From Clostridiaceae bacterium (GTDB lineage Bacteria > Bacillota > Clostridia > CAYPLH01 > DUMO01), in the NCBI GenBank assembly GCA_012839865.1, contig DUMO01000068.1:183-64182 (forward strand): 64,000 nucleotides of DNA. Reading direction: 5' to 3'. The translations under genes and the position numbers were made by a program. The notes beneath the pieces are model-generated. The model saw only the letters and a program-made list of their open reading frames with translations. It was not told where the DNA came from and did no database searches. Positions within the stretch are counted from its first letter, which is position 1; every line of letters begins with the position of its first letter. Positions 56,016 to 64,000 of this stretch are shown piece after piece.

Positions 56016-57554
56016 ATGAAGGACAGGTTGATTACTTTAATAATAATGGACGGCTTTGGCTTGAGTGACAAAACAGAAGGCAATGCGGTGCATGCCGCAA
56101 ATACGCCAAACCTTGATAATTTAATGAAAAACTACCCCACTACGAAAATAAAGTGCAGCGGAATGGATGTCGGGCTGCCCCGGGGGCAGATGGGTAATTC
56201 CGAAGTAGGCCATACAAATATTGGTGCAGGAAGAATAGTGTATCAGGAGCTTACCAGGATAACCAAGGCTATTGAAGACGGAGATTTCTTCCACAATGAA
56301 GAATTGCTGAATGCCATTGAAAACTGTAAGAGGCATAATTCAAAGCTGCACCTGTACGGCCTTGTATCAGACGGTGGAGTCCACAGCCACAACACCCATC
56401 TTTATGCGTTGCTGGAACTTGCAAAAAGGCATAATTTCAAAGATGTTTTTGTTCATTGCTTTATGGATGGAAGAGATGTTCCGCCTGACAGCGGAAAAGG
56501 TTACATCGAAGAACTTGAACAGAAGATTGCTGAGATCGGGGTAGGAAAGATTGCAACCGTTATGGGCCGCTACTATGCAATGGACAGGGATAACCGCTGG
56601 GACAGGGTTAAACTTGCGTATGATGCCATGGTGCTTGGCAAGGGTCTTTATGTTGACTCTGCAGTCAAGGCCATGACAGATTCATATGGAAGAAGTGAAT
56701 TTGATGAGTTTGTAAAGCCTACGGTAGTAATGGAGAACGGAATGCCCGTGGCCACCATAGGTGAAAATGACTCTATTATATTTTTCAATTTCAGGCCGGA
56801 CAGGGCGATACAAATATCCAAAGCGATGACTGAAAAGGATTTTGACGGATTTATAAGAGAAAAAGGATATTTTCCTGTGTATTATGTGTGCATGACCTTG
56901 TATGACAGGGCTCTTAAAAATCTGGTAATAGCCTTTAAACCGGAAGAATTGACCAATACCTTTGGAGAATATATCAGCAAGCTAGGCTACACACAGCTTC
57001 GTATTGCCGAAACCGAAAAGTTCAAGCATGTAACCTCCTTTTTCAATGGCGGAGGCCAGGCGGTTTATGAAGGGGAGGAAAGGATGCTTATACCTTCTCC
57101 CAAAGTGGCTACTTACGATTTGAAGCCTGAAATGAGCGCATACGAGATAACAGATGAAGTAGTGGAAAGGATTAATTCCCGTAAATATGATATCATAGTA
57201 TTAAATTACGCAAACTGTGACATGGTTGGCCATACCGGAATATTTGATGCAGCAAGGAAAGCTGTGGAAGCAGTTGATGAATGTGTAGGGCGTGTGGTTG
57301 AGGCTGTGAGCAGGCAGGGGGGAATTACCCTCATTACGGCAGACCATGGGAACTCGGAGCAAATGATTGACTATGAGACCGGAGGGCCATATACTGCCCA
57401 TACAACAAACGAAGTACCGTTGATTATGACAGGAATTGAAGGGATTTCATTAAAACAGGGCAGACTTGCAGATTTGACTCCTACAATGCTTGATTTGATG
57501 GGCATTCCAAAACCTAAGGAAATGACAGGAGAATCTCTGCTGATAAAAAAGTAA
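56016..57554 (+). CDS. gpmI: 2,3-bisphosphoglycerate-independent phosphoglycerate mutase
   Basis: 512 aa. iPGM signature throughout (MDGFGL, catalytic Ser region SEVGHTNIGAGR, ADHGN). Confidence 0.95.
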   Translation: MKDRLITLIIMDGFGLSDKTEGNAVHAANTPNLDNLMKNYPTTKIKCSGMDVGLPRGQMGNSEVGHTNIGAGRIVYQELTRITKAIEDGDFFHNEELLNAIENCKRHNSKLHLYGLVSDGGVHSHNTHLYALLELAKRHNFKDVFVHCFMDGRDVPPDSGKGYIEELEQKIAEIGVGKIATVMGRYYAMDRDNRWDRVKLAYDAMVLGKGLYVDSAVKAMTDSYGRSEFDEFVKPTVVMENGMPVATIGENDSIIFFNFRPDRAIQISKAMTEKDFDGFIREKGYFPVYYVCMTLYDRALKNLVIAFKPEELTNTFGEYISKLGYTQLRIAETEKFKHVTSFFNGGGQAVYEGEERMLIPSPKVATYDLKPEMSAYEITDEVVERINSRKYDIIVLNYANCDMVGHTGIFDAARKAVEAVDECVGRVVEAVSRQGGITLITADHGNSEQMIDYETGGPYTAHTTNEVPLIMTGIEGISLKQGRLADLTPTMLDLMGIPKPKEMTGESLLIKK

Positions 57555-57694
57555 TGCCATCTCCCGGTTGAAGCCGCTGTTCCAGGAATCCCGGCGAATC
57601 CCTGCGGATACGAAAGTAATGCCTGATTCCAATTGAAGCGCAATGGAGGAATTTCGGAGAATCCTTACTGATAAAAGTAGTTTTTGGTGATTTT

Positions 57695-59227
57695 ATGTTC
57701 TCAAGGGTACTGAAAAAAAGTATATGCTTTTTATGTGCAATTTGTTTGGCATATGCTTTGCTGTTCACTTTTTACGGGTGTGGACATACAAGTGACAATA
57801 CCGACGGATGGGGAGTCGGGGACATTGCTTCCAGGATACCTGTTTCGATCTATTTTCCGGGCAGCCCCGGGAAAGACATGGACAGGGTTCTGGAAGAAAT
57901 TGAAAAAGAATCGGCGCCCCTTCTTAATATTGAACTGAAATTCAATTGGATTGAGGCATCGGAATATGAGGGGGCAATTGCATCGAAGCTTGCTTCCGCC
58001 CAAAATTTCGATGCTTTTTATTATTCCGAGGTCTATGATCTGGGTGAAAGCGGATCTGCCCTCACATTGCCGGAATTAGTGAATAACAATCTGGTTTACA
58101 ATATTAACGGGCTGTTTCAGCAGTATGCGCCGGGAATCTATGGAAGCTTGTCCGAGGAGGAGATGAAAGCCATAACCTTTGACAATAAAATTGTGGCAAT
58201 TCCCTGGAGGTTTCCTGTTTCATCTCGAAAAAGCGCAGCCGTAAGAGACGATTTAAATGCCTTGTATATCGAAGGCGGGGTGGCGGATTTTGAAGATTTG
58301 GAAGTTTTCGCGGATAAAATTACCGGTTCAAAAATAAATATAGTCCCCATTGGACTGTTTACGGGAACCTTGGAGCTTTTTGCCCCGCATATGGGTTTTA
58401 CGGTTTTTGATGAAAGGCTTGGCCTGGTATACAGAGAAAATGACCCGGGCATGCAATTGATGCTATGGGAGGAAACACCTGAATACAGGGATGTGCTCCT
58501 GAGATTATTGTCATGGTACAAAAAAGGTTATATACCTTCTGAATTTGAAAACAAAGACGAAGCGGGCTTTTTTTACGGAAAGTACGCATGTTTCATAGAT
58601 GAAATCTATCAGGCGCTTTTTATGAATACCAGGATAAAAGCGGGAATAGACACTGAATTCAAATACAAGATATACTCTCTATATCCCGAATATAAAATGC
58701 CCAAAAAGTCTTTGCTGGAAAATGCCATATTAATAAATAAAAATTCATCCAAACCCGAAAGTGTCTTAATGTTTCTTGAGTGGGTGCATTCCAGTCAGAA
58801 AAACCATGATTTGCTCATGTACGGCATAGAGGGTGAGCATTACACTATTTACGGCGAGCAATATGTACTGCCGCCCCAGGTTAATATTGAAAACCACCCA
58901 TACATGGGATGGGGAGGCAGTGAAGCTTTTTTAAATATAAATTTTATAAGAACCAGTGTGTATAATGACCCATTCAGCAAACAACTGCTTACGGATGAGA
59001 CCCGTTCGGAGTATGCGCCCCATCATGGTATTCACCCTGTGCTGAGAGACTTTGAGGCGATAAAAAGACGCACAGACAACTTTCAAAAGTTGAATAAACC
59101 TTCCCTTAGCATGCTGGACAATCCGGATAATATCGAAAGGTTTATTGCGGAAAATTCCGACTACAGTTTCCATAAGACGGTGGAGGAATTGCAAAGGCAG
59201 CTCAATGAGTGGTTTATAAGGAAATAG
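57695..59227 (+). CDS. Extracellular solute-binding lipoprotein (family 1 ABC sugar-binding protein, LplA/YesO-like)
   Basis: Lipoprotein signal ...LLFTFYGCG. About 500-aa size class typical of SBPs associated with YesM/YesN-type two-component systems. Adjacent to such a system. Confidence 0.65.
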   Translation: MFSRVLKKSICFLCAICLAYALLFTFYGCGHTSDNTDGWGVGDIASRIPVSIYFPGSPGKDMDRVLEEIEKESAPLLNIELKFNWIEASEYEGAIASKLASAQNFDAFYYSEVYDLGESGSALTLPELVNNNLVYNINGLFQQYAPGIYGSLSEEEMKAITFDNKIVAIPWRFPVSSRKSAAVRDDLNALYIEGGVADFEDLEVFADKITGSKINIVPIGLFTGTLELFAPHMGFTVFDERLGLVYRENDPGMQLMLWEETPEYRDVLLRLLSWYKKGYIPSEFENKDEAGFFYGKYACFIDEIYQALFMNTRIKAGIDTEFKYKIYSLYPEYKMPKKSLLENAILINKNSSKPESVLMFLEWVHSSQKNHDLLMYGIEGEHYTIYGEQYVLPPQVNIENHPYMGWGGSEAFLNINFIRTSVYNDPFSKQLLTDETRSEYAPHHGIHPVLRDFEAIKRRTDNFQKLNKPSLSMLDNPDNIERFIAENSDYSFHKTVEELQRQLNEWFIRK

Positions 59228-59237
59228 AGGTTTTCTA

Positions 59238-59490
59238 ACAAAATAAAGCCACTTGTTATTGTTCTGCACACATTTCATTTCTCTCGCACTTTTTGTGAAA
59301 AATCAGCTCTGGTACTGCTATTTACAGCGAGGCTTAGGAAAACACAACTTAAAATGCCTTGGAATCTTAGTAATGTCCATGTGCTTGAGCGAAGCGAGTT
59401 CACGGAATTACTTAGATGACAAGGCATTTTAAATTGATTGTTTTCCTTGCCGAAGCTGTACTGCAGTAACCAGAGCTGATTTTTCATTTA
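59238..59490. repeat. Intergenic nested-palindrome element containing a solo copy of the 23644-23681 repeat motif
   Basis: 59238-59276 ACAAAATAAAGCCACTTGTTATTGTTCTGCACACATTTC matches the right arm of the 23478-23681 element in 35 of 38 positions (one gap). Outer inverted repeat TGAAAAATCAGCTCTGGTACTGC (59296-59318) / GCAGTAACCAGAGCTGATTTTTCA (59463-59486). Inner inverted repeat GGAAAACACAACTTAAAATGCCTTG (59337-59361) / CAAGGCATTTTAAATTGATTGTTTTCC (59420-59446). Confidence 0.6.
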
Positions 59491-59515
59491 AGAGAAGCTT
59501 TTAAGAGAAGCTTTT

Positions 59516-61285
59516 TCAATTTCCTTTTCTGAACTCATTTATGGTGAAGCCGGTTATTCTTTTGAACAGTTTTATAAAGTACTTGGGGTCGGTGTACCCG
59601 ATTTTTGCGCTTATCTCGTTTGAACTTAAATTGGTTGAACGAAGAAGCTCCTTGGCATGATTTATTCTTATCAGGGTTTTGTAATCAATAAAACTCATCC
59701 CTGTTTCCTTCTTGAAAAGCTCACTTAAATATGTTGTATTCATGTGTACATAGTTTGCAATTTTGTCCAGTGTTATGTCGCTCTGATAATTTTCCTGTAT
59801 CAGTTTTTTCACAGTTACAATAATATTGTTGCTTGCGCCTACTTTATTTTGATAATGGGCACAAAGCCTTGTAAATACTCCTTTAACATATTCGCAAAGA
59901 CCATCAAAGGATTTAATACCTTTTAATCTTTCATAGGGGTGCATGTTCAGGAAAATTGAATCGTGTTCAATAAATGTAATGTAAATTTCAAGACGGTTTG
60001 CTACAGATTGAACCAGGGTCCAGAAAAATTCCTTTATCGTTTCAGGGTGGAGATACTTGTACCCGGAAAGTATTTCCTTCAAATTATCAATATATTCATA
60101 GGCTGTGTCATATTCGGAAAGCTTGATGCCGCAAGCAATATTTGCAATTGCCTGCTCCTCCAGGTGAATCGGGAGCCCGTTAAATGACAGATAACCTTTA
60201 CCGGGGAGGTTTCGCACGGTTTCCAATCCGGTGTCAAAATGGAATATCTGCTTTTCAGGATGCCAGAATGCCAGATTTATGGCATACAGGGCTTCTATGT
60301 AGCATTCCGGAAGTTCCTTCAGGTTTTGTGTTGGTGAGCTTATCCCAACCAGAAGTTTTTCATGGTATTGTTCATTAAAGGCCTCAAGGCAAAGTTGCAC
60401 CAAGTTGTCAAGTTCTTCGAATTTGCTTTCTTTATGGTTGATAATAGTTATTACTTCATCTAAATTCAGGGCAGATTTAAAGGTAACCGAATCATCTCCT
60501 ATGAAAACCTCTTTGACAAGTTCCCTTAATTTTTCCGGGGTGCATTTCCCGCCTGTAAAAGAGTTGTCAGCAGGCAAAGAACCGGAATAACCGCCCCCAT
60601 GGCCGCCTGTGTGGAAGGAACCGGAAAGGCCGTCTCCCTGAATGCCTGCGGGGAAGGAACCGGAAGAACCGTCCCCCTGGTCACCTGAAGGAAAGGAACC
60701 GGGAGAACTGTCCCCCTGGTCCCAGTGGAACACTATAACGGTGAAATATTCCCTGTTAAAATAAATTGAACAGGATTCAAGTTCTTTTTTTATGTTCATG
60801 GCGGTCATTGTATTCTGGCTTATTAACTTGTTCAAAACGTTTTCTGAGACGAAGGGTAAAGCGTTATCGTACTTGGCCTTCAGTTCTGTCTCTTTTTTCT
60901 GACGGGCTCTTTCCTCAAGTATTTCAGTTTTGATTTTCATAAGGGCCTGGGTAAGCTCATCCCCGTCTATGGGTTTTAAGAGGTAATCTGTAACACCGAA
61001 CTTTATTGCAGCCCGGGAATACTCAAAATCGCTGTAACCTGTAATTATTATTATTTTTAAATCGGGAAGGGCTTTTTTTAGCTCCTCGATAAGTTCAAGG
61101 CCGTTTAAACCGGGCATCATTATGTCGGTTATAAGAATGTCGCATTGCTGCTCCACGCACATATGATAAGCCTCTATGCCGTTTGAAGCCTCACCCAGCA
61201 GATTCAATCCCAGTTTTTCAAAGGGAATCAAACTTATTATTGTCTTTCTTACCCATTTTTCGTCGTCAGCTATTATTACTTTCAT
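59516..61285 (-). CDS. Two-component response regulator, REC + AraC-type HTH (YesN-like), with an internal low-complexity tandem-repeat linker
   Basis: N-terminal REC (DILITDIMMPGLNGLEL, phospho-Asp context). C-terminal AraC HTH (IDYKTLIRINHAKELL...YFIKLFKRITGFTINEFRK). Residues about 190-250 are the repeat GDSSPGSFPSGDQGDGSSGSFPAGIQGDGLSGSF. Confidence 0.85.
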   Translation of the reverse strand: MKVIIADDEKWVRKTIISLIPFEKLGLNLLGEASNGIEAYHMCVEQQCDILITDIMMPGLNGLELIEELKKALPDLKIIIITGYSDFEYSRAAIKFGVTDYLLKPIDGDELTQALMKIKTEILEERARQKKETELKAKYDNALPFVSENVLNKLISQNTMTAMNIKKELESCSIYFNREYFTVIVFHWDQGDSSPGSFPSGDQGDGSSGSFPAGIQGDGLSGSFHTGGHGGGYSGSLPADNSFTGGKCTPEKLRELVKEVFIGDDSVTFKSALNLDEVITIINHKESKFEELDNLVQLCLEAFNEQYHEKLLVGISSPTQNLKELPECYIEALYAINLAFWHPEKQIFHFDTGLETVRNLPGKGYLSFNGLPIHLEEQAIANIACGIKLSEYDTAYEYIDNLKEILSGYKYLHPETIKEFFWTLVQSVANRLEIYITFIEHDSIFLNMHPYERLKGIKSFDGLCEYVKGVFTRLCAHYQNKVGASNNIIVTVKKLIQENYQSDITLDKIANYVHMNTTYLSELFKKETGMSFIDYKTLIRINHAKELLRSTNLSSNEISAKIGYTDPKYFIKLFKRITGFTINEFRKGN

Positions 61286-63185
61286 TTATCCTCCCTGCAC
61301 CTCCTGCCGGAATTTGACGCAGCGAATTTGCTTTATAAAGAGGCAGCAACATTTCAACGGTGGTTCCCACTTCAGATAGCTTATACTTTAAGCCATACTG
61401 CCTGCCAAAGGTCAGCTTGATTCTGGCATTGACATTCTGAATGCCTATTTTTGTTCCGGTGCCTTTTCTTGCGGATTGTCCTGTTGACTGGTTGCTGAAA
61501 CCCTCGAAAGACGGCTCTTCGGAAAGTATCCTGTTAAGTTCGTGGATTTGTTCCTCTCTGATGCCTATGCCGTCATCGGATATTTCCACCTTCAGAATAT
61601 TGTTGTATTCATACATTTTAATACATATCCTGCCCTTGCCAAGCTTCATCTCCAGGCCATGCTTGATTGAATTTTCCACAAGAGGCTGGAGACAAAGCTT
61701 GAGAATGCTGTAATCGTACAACCGGTCAGGTATATCATATATGATTTCAAATTTATCGTCATGCCTGAAATTCTGTATTTTCAGATAATTGTCAAGGTGC
61801 TCTATTTCACGGCTTATAGGGACAATGACTTCTCCGCTTATATTATAGCGAAAAAGCTGGGATAAGCATTTTGCCATTTCAGCTATAGTTTCCATACCGC
61901 TGTATAAAGCGGCTCCCCTTATTGATTCCAGCGTATTGTATAAGAAATGGGGGTTGATTTGGTTCTGCAGGGCGTCCAGTTCCGCTTCCTTTTGCTTTAT
62001 CTGAAAGCTGTACACTTTTTGAACCAGATGCTCAATTTTCTGGACCATATTATTGAAGGCATCCGCAATAATCCTCATTTCATCATTGCTCTTTATGTTA
62101 ACCCTCACCGAAAGGTTTCCCTTTTCAGCTTCAGACATTGCAGCTGCCAATTTGTCCACCGGACGAAGAAGCCCGGTAAGAACCTTAAAGGCCAGGAAAA
62201 AGGTTGCCAGGATGCATATTAGTGAAAGGACGGGCACTGAAATTTTCAGGAGTTGTAATTGGCTGTTTATATGGACAGCGGGTATAAGGCTTATCACTTT
62301 CCACGAATATTCAGGTGATGTGCGGAGAACCATGTATATACTGCTGCCCTTAAAATCAATCAAAAGAGGTTGCACCGGGCTTACCGGGGCGCTTGAAGGT
62401 TCAAACTTGTCGGGCAGGAAGCTTTTATCGCTGGAATAAACAATTCTGTCGTATGAATCGGAAATCAAAAATATACTGCCAGGATACTTATCAGTGATAT
62501 TTTGTAAATAACTGCCAGTAAAATTTCCCAAATTGAGGGCTATCAGGAAAACTCCTGAAATGTTGCCGTCTGAACTGCCAAACACCGGCTTTAATACGGA
62601 AAATGCATTGGACGAGGAGATGCCGGGCAAAGGAATGTTTGCAATTGTAAAATTTATATTGTCCGGGGACTTGATAATCCCCCGGTACCAGTCTTCATCC
62701 TGGTAAATATTCCCCGATATTGCATATGAGTAATATGGATGAATAAAATACAGGTTTTCGTTGTCAAGGTAATACATGCCCGACAATATCCCGCTCTTCA
62801 AACCGATTATGCTTGATATAAGCTTGTGGGCGCCGGTTTGCTTTTCAGCTGATTCAAATACTGAATAAGAATTAATATTGTTTTTATTTATGGCAACAAT
62901 ATTGAAGTAGCTGGCAAGCTGGGGGCTGTCGGCAACAAGGTTTATCAAAAAATCTGCGTCTTTCAGATAATTGTCCAGATCTTCGGAAATCTTGTCCGTC
63001 AGGCTTGTTATATCTTCGAAAACTCTTTTTTCCCACACATCGTATAAATAATTGCCTGTGAAAAAGGAAAATACCGCAAATGGCAGCAAAATCAGCAAAA
63101 GGAAGGACAGCACAAACTTAGAGCGGAAATTGAAGATCTTTTTTTTAAAAGTATTGTTTGGCCTCCCTGCCGGAAATTGTGCCAT
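61266..63185 (-). CDS. Sensor histidine kinase (YesM/LytS-type: 2 TM + extracytoplasmic domain + HAMP + His_kinase + HATPase)
   Basis: N-terminal TM, an extracytoplasmic region of about 270 aa, a second TM, HAMP (RPVDKLAAAMSEAEKGNL), H-box QINPHFLYNTL, and HATPase motifs (ENSIKHG, DDGIGI). Overlaps the response regulator gene by 20 nt. Confidence 0.85.
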   Translation of the reverse strand: MAQFPAGRPNNTFKKKIFNFRSKFVLSFLLLILLPFAVFSFFTGNYLYDVWEKRVFEDITSLTDKISEDLDNYLKDADFLINLVADSPQLASYFNIVAINKNNINSYSVFESAEKQTGAHKLISSIIGLKSGILSGMYYLDNENLYFIHPYYSYAISGNIYQDEDWYRGIIKSPDNINFTIANIPLPGISSSNAFSVLKPVFGSSDGNISGVFLIALNLGNFTGSYLQNITDKYPGSIFLISDSYDRIVYSSDKSFLPDKFEPSSAPVSPVQPLLIDFKGSSIYMVLRTSPEYSWKVISLIPAVHINSQLQLLKISVPVLSLICILATFFLAFKVLTGLLRPVDKLAAAMSEAEKGNLSVRVNIKSNDEMRIIADAFNNMVQKIEHLVQKVYSFQIKQKEAELDALQNQINPHFLYNTLESIRGAALYSGMETIAEMAKCLSQLFRYNISGEVIVPISREIEHLDNYLKIQNFRHDDKFEIIYDIPDRLYDYSILKLCLQPLVENSIKHGLEMKLGKGRICIKMYEYNNILKVEISDDGIGIREEQIHELNRILSEEPSFEGFSNQSTGQSARKGTGTKIGIQNVNARIKLTFGRQYGLKYKLSEVGTTVEMLLPLYKANSLRQIPAGGAGRINESNNS

Positions 63186-63261
63186 AAGTACCCCCCCTTA
63201 CTAGATTTTATTAAAATTAATCCAATTGTTCAATAGAAAGATTTTCTACGAGGCTTTGGCT

Positions 63262-64000
63262 TCATTCTCCAAGAATCAGGTTCGCTTTATCCTCAATCAT
63301 GGTAACTGCTTTTTCAAGGGGTAACATGCCGCTCACGTATTCGCCTATTATGCCAAGCGTATATATTCTCAACTCTGGGATAGAGTTTTCTCTTATGCTA
63401 TATTTAAGGACATTTTTAAAGATCTCAATATTCTTTTCGCTTGATGAAGGGTTTAACATATCTCTTCTGTAAATTGAAAAGTCTTTATACAGAGCCCTTG
63501 TGATTACTGTTCTTTCCTGAGCTTCCTTTGAACAAAAAACAGAAAGAAACTCTGCAGCTAAATCTTTTTTTTCGGAGAAGGAAGTGATGCAAAGTAATTT
63601 TAACTGTGCAGGATATGATTTCTGCCCGCCCAAAAGCGCAGGAGGGTAAATAATGGCTCTGTCACCCATTGATAATGTGAGACTACATTTACAAAATACA
63701 ATGTTATCTTTAATTTTCGGGGTAATGAATGTACCACCATCTGCTACTAAATCCTCATCCCACATTTTCTTCCATAATACAAGCAAATTTTTAAACTCCT
63801 CATTGTTGAATGAAGCTTTTTTCTTTTCCAAATCAATATAAGTGCAATTATATTGGCTGAGAAAGGGTGGAGAATCTTTTCTACCCTCGATGATATATGT
63901 GTCTTTAATTCCATCAGCGTTAATATCTTTACGCGCAAGTTTGGCATATTCATAGAAATCATACCAGCTCCAACTTTTATCCGGTAATTCCAATTTTAAA
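63262..64000 (-). CDS. Extracellular solute-binding protein (C-terminal part; the N-terminus lies beyond the window end)
   Basis: ORF open to the window edge. SBP-like C-terminal sequence, similar in theme to the 57695-59227 protein, flanking the two-component system. Confidence 0.55.
   Translation of the reverse strand, partial: LKLELPDKSWSWYDFYEYAKLARKDINADGIKDTYIIEGRKDSPPFLSQYNCTYIDLEKKKASFNNEEFKNLLVLWKKMWDEDLVADGGTFITPKIKDNIVFCKCSLTLSMGDRAIIYPPALLGGQKSYPAQLKLLCITSFSEKKDLAAEFLSVFCSKEAQERTVITRALYKDFSIYRRDMLNPSSSEKNIEIFKNVLKYSIRENSIPELRIYTLGIIGEYVSGMLPLEKAVTMIEDKANLILGE

Overview
This window reads as a core chromosomal segment of a spore-forming Clostridia-class Firmicute (AT-rich, GGAGG-type RBSs, tightly packed operons). 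It is mostly housekeeping.

Gene order 5'->3':
- uvrB (5' truncated by the window edge), uvrA, clpE (zinc-ribbon Clp ATPase), lon; mecA on the opposite strand.
- maf, mreB, mreC, mreD, PBP2.
- minC, minD, minE; a YkuS-like gene (-); an M23 peptidase and an S2P/M50 protease in the spoIVFA/spoIVFB position.
- A PdaA-like deacetylase; metF (-).
- nfnA, nfnB; a PilZ protein.
- hprK, murB, rapZ, yvcK, a glycogen-debranching-type glucosidase, whiA, crh.
- spoIIAA, spoIIAB, sigF; spoVAC, spoVAD, spoVAE.
- An AraC-fusion regulator; a PepSY protein (-).
- A tandem glycine riboswitch, then gcvT, gcvH, gcvPA, gcvPB, followed by a DUF362/ferredoxin gene.
- cheX-like, trmL, an M20 peptidase, pfk, a DUF2156 gene.
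- gap, a fused pgk-tpi ORF, gpmI.
- A sugar-type solute-binding lipoprotein; a YesN/YesM-like AraC response regulator and histidine kinase (-); a second solute-binding protein (-, truncated by the window edge).

I did not find a classical defense island, CRISPR array, prophage or rRNA/tRNA gene. The most unusual signals are:
- an in-frame PGK-TIM fusion;
- a family of nested inverted-repeat (MITE-like) intergenic elements present twice and sharing a ~45-bp motif;
- a GC-rich repeat-bearing ~490-bp noncoding block between clpE and lon;
- an N-terminal-AraC fusion protein with an uncharacterized Cys-containing ~370-aa domain;
- a DUF362/2x[4Fe-4S] gene translationally coupled to gcvPB;
- an in-frame tandem repeat expansion in a response-regulator linker;
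- a glycosidase inserted into the conserved rapZ-yvcK-whiA-crh cluster.

All calls rest on reading the supplied translations and the raw sequence. No database searches were run.
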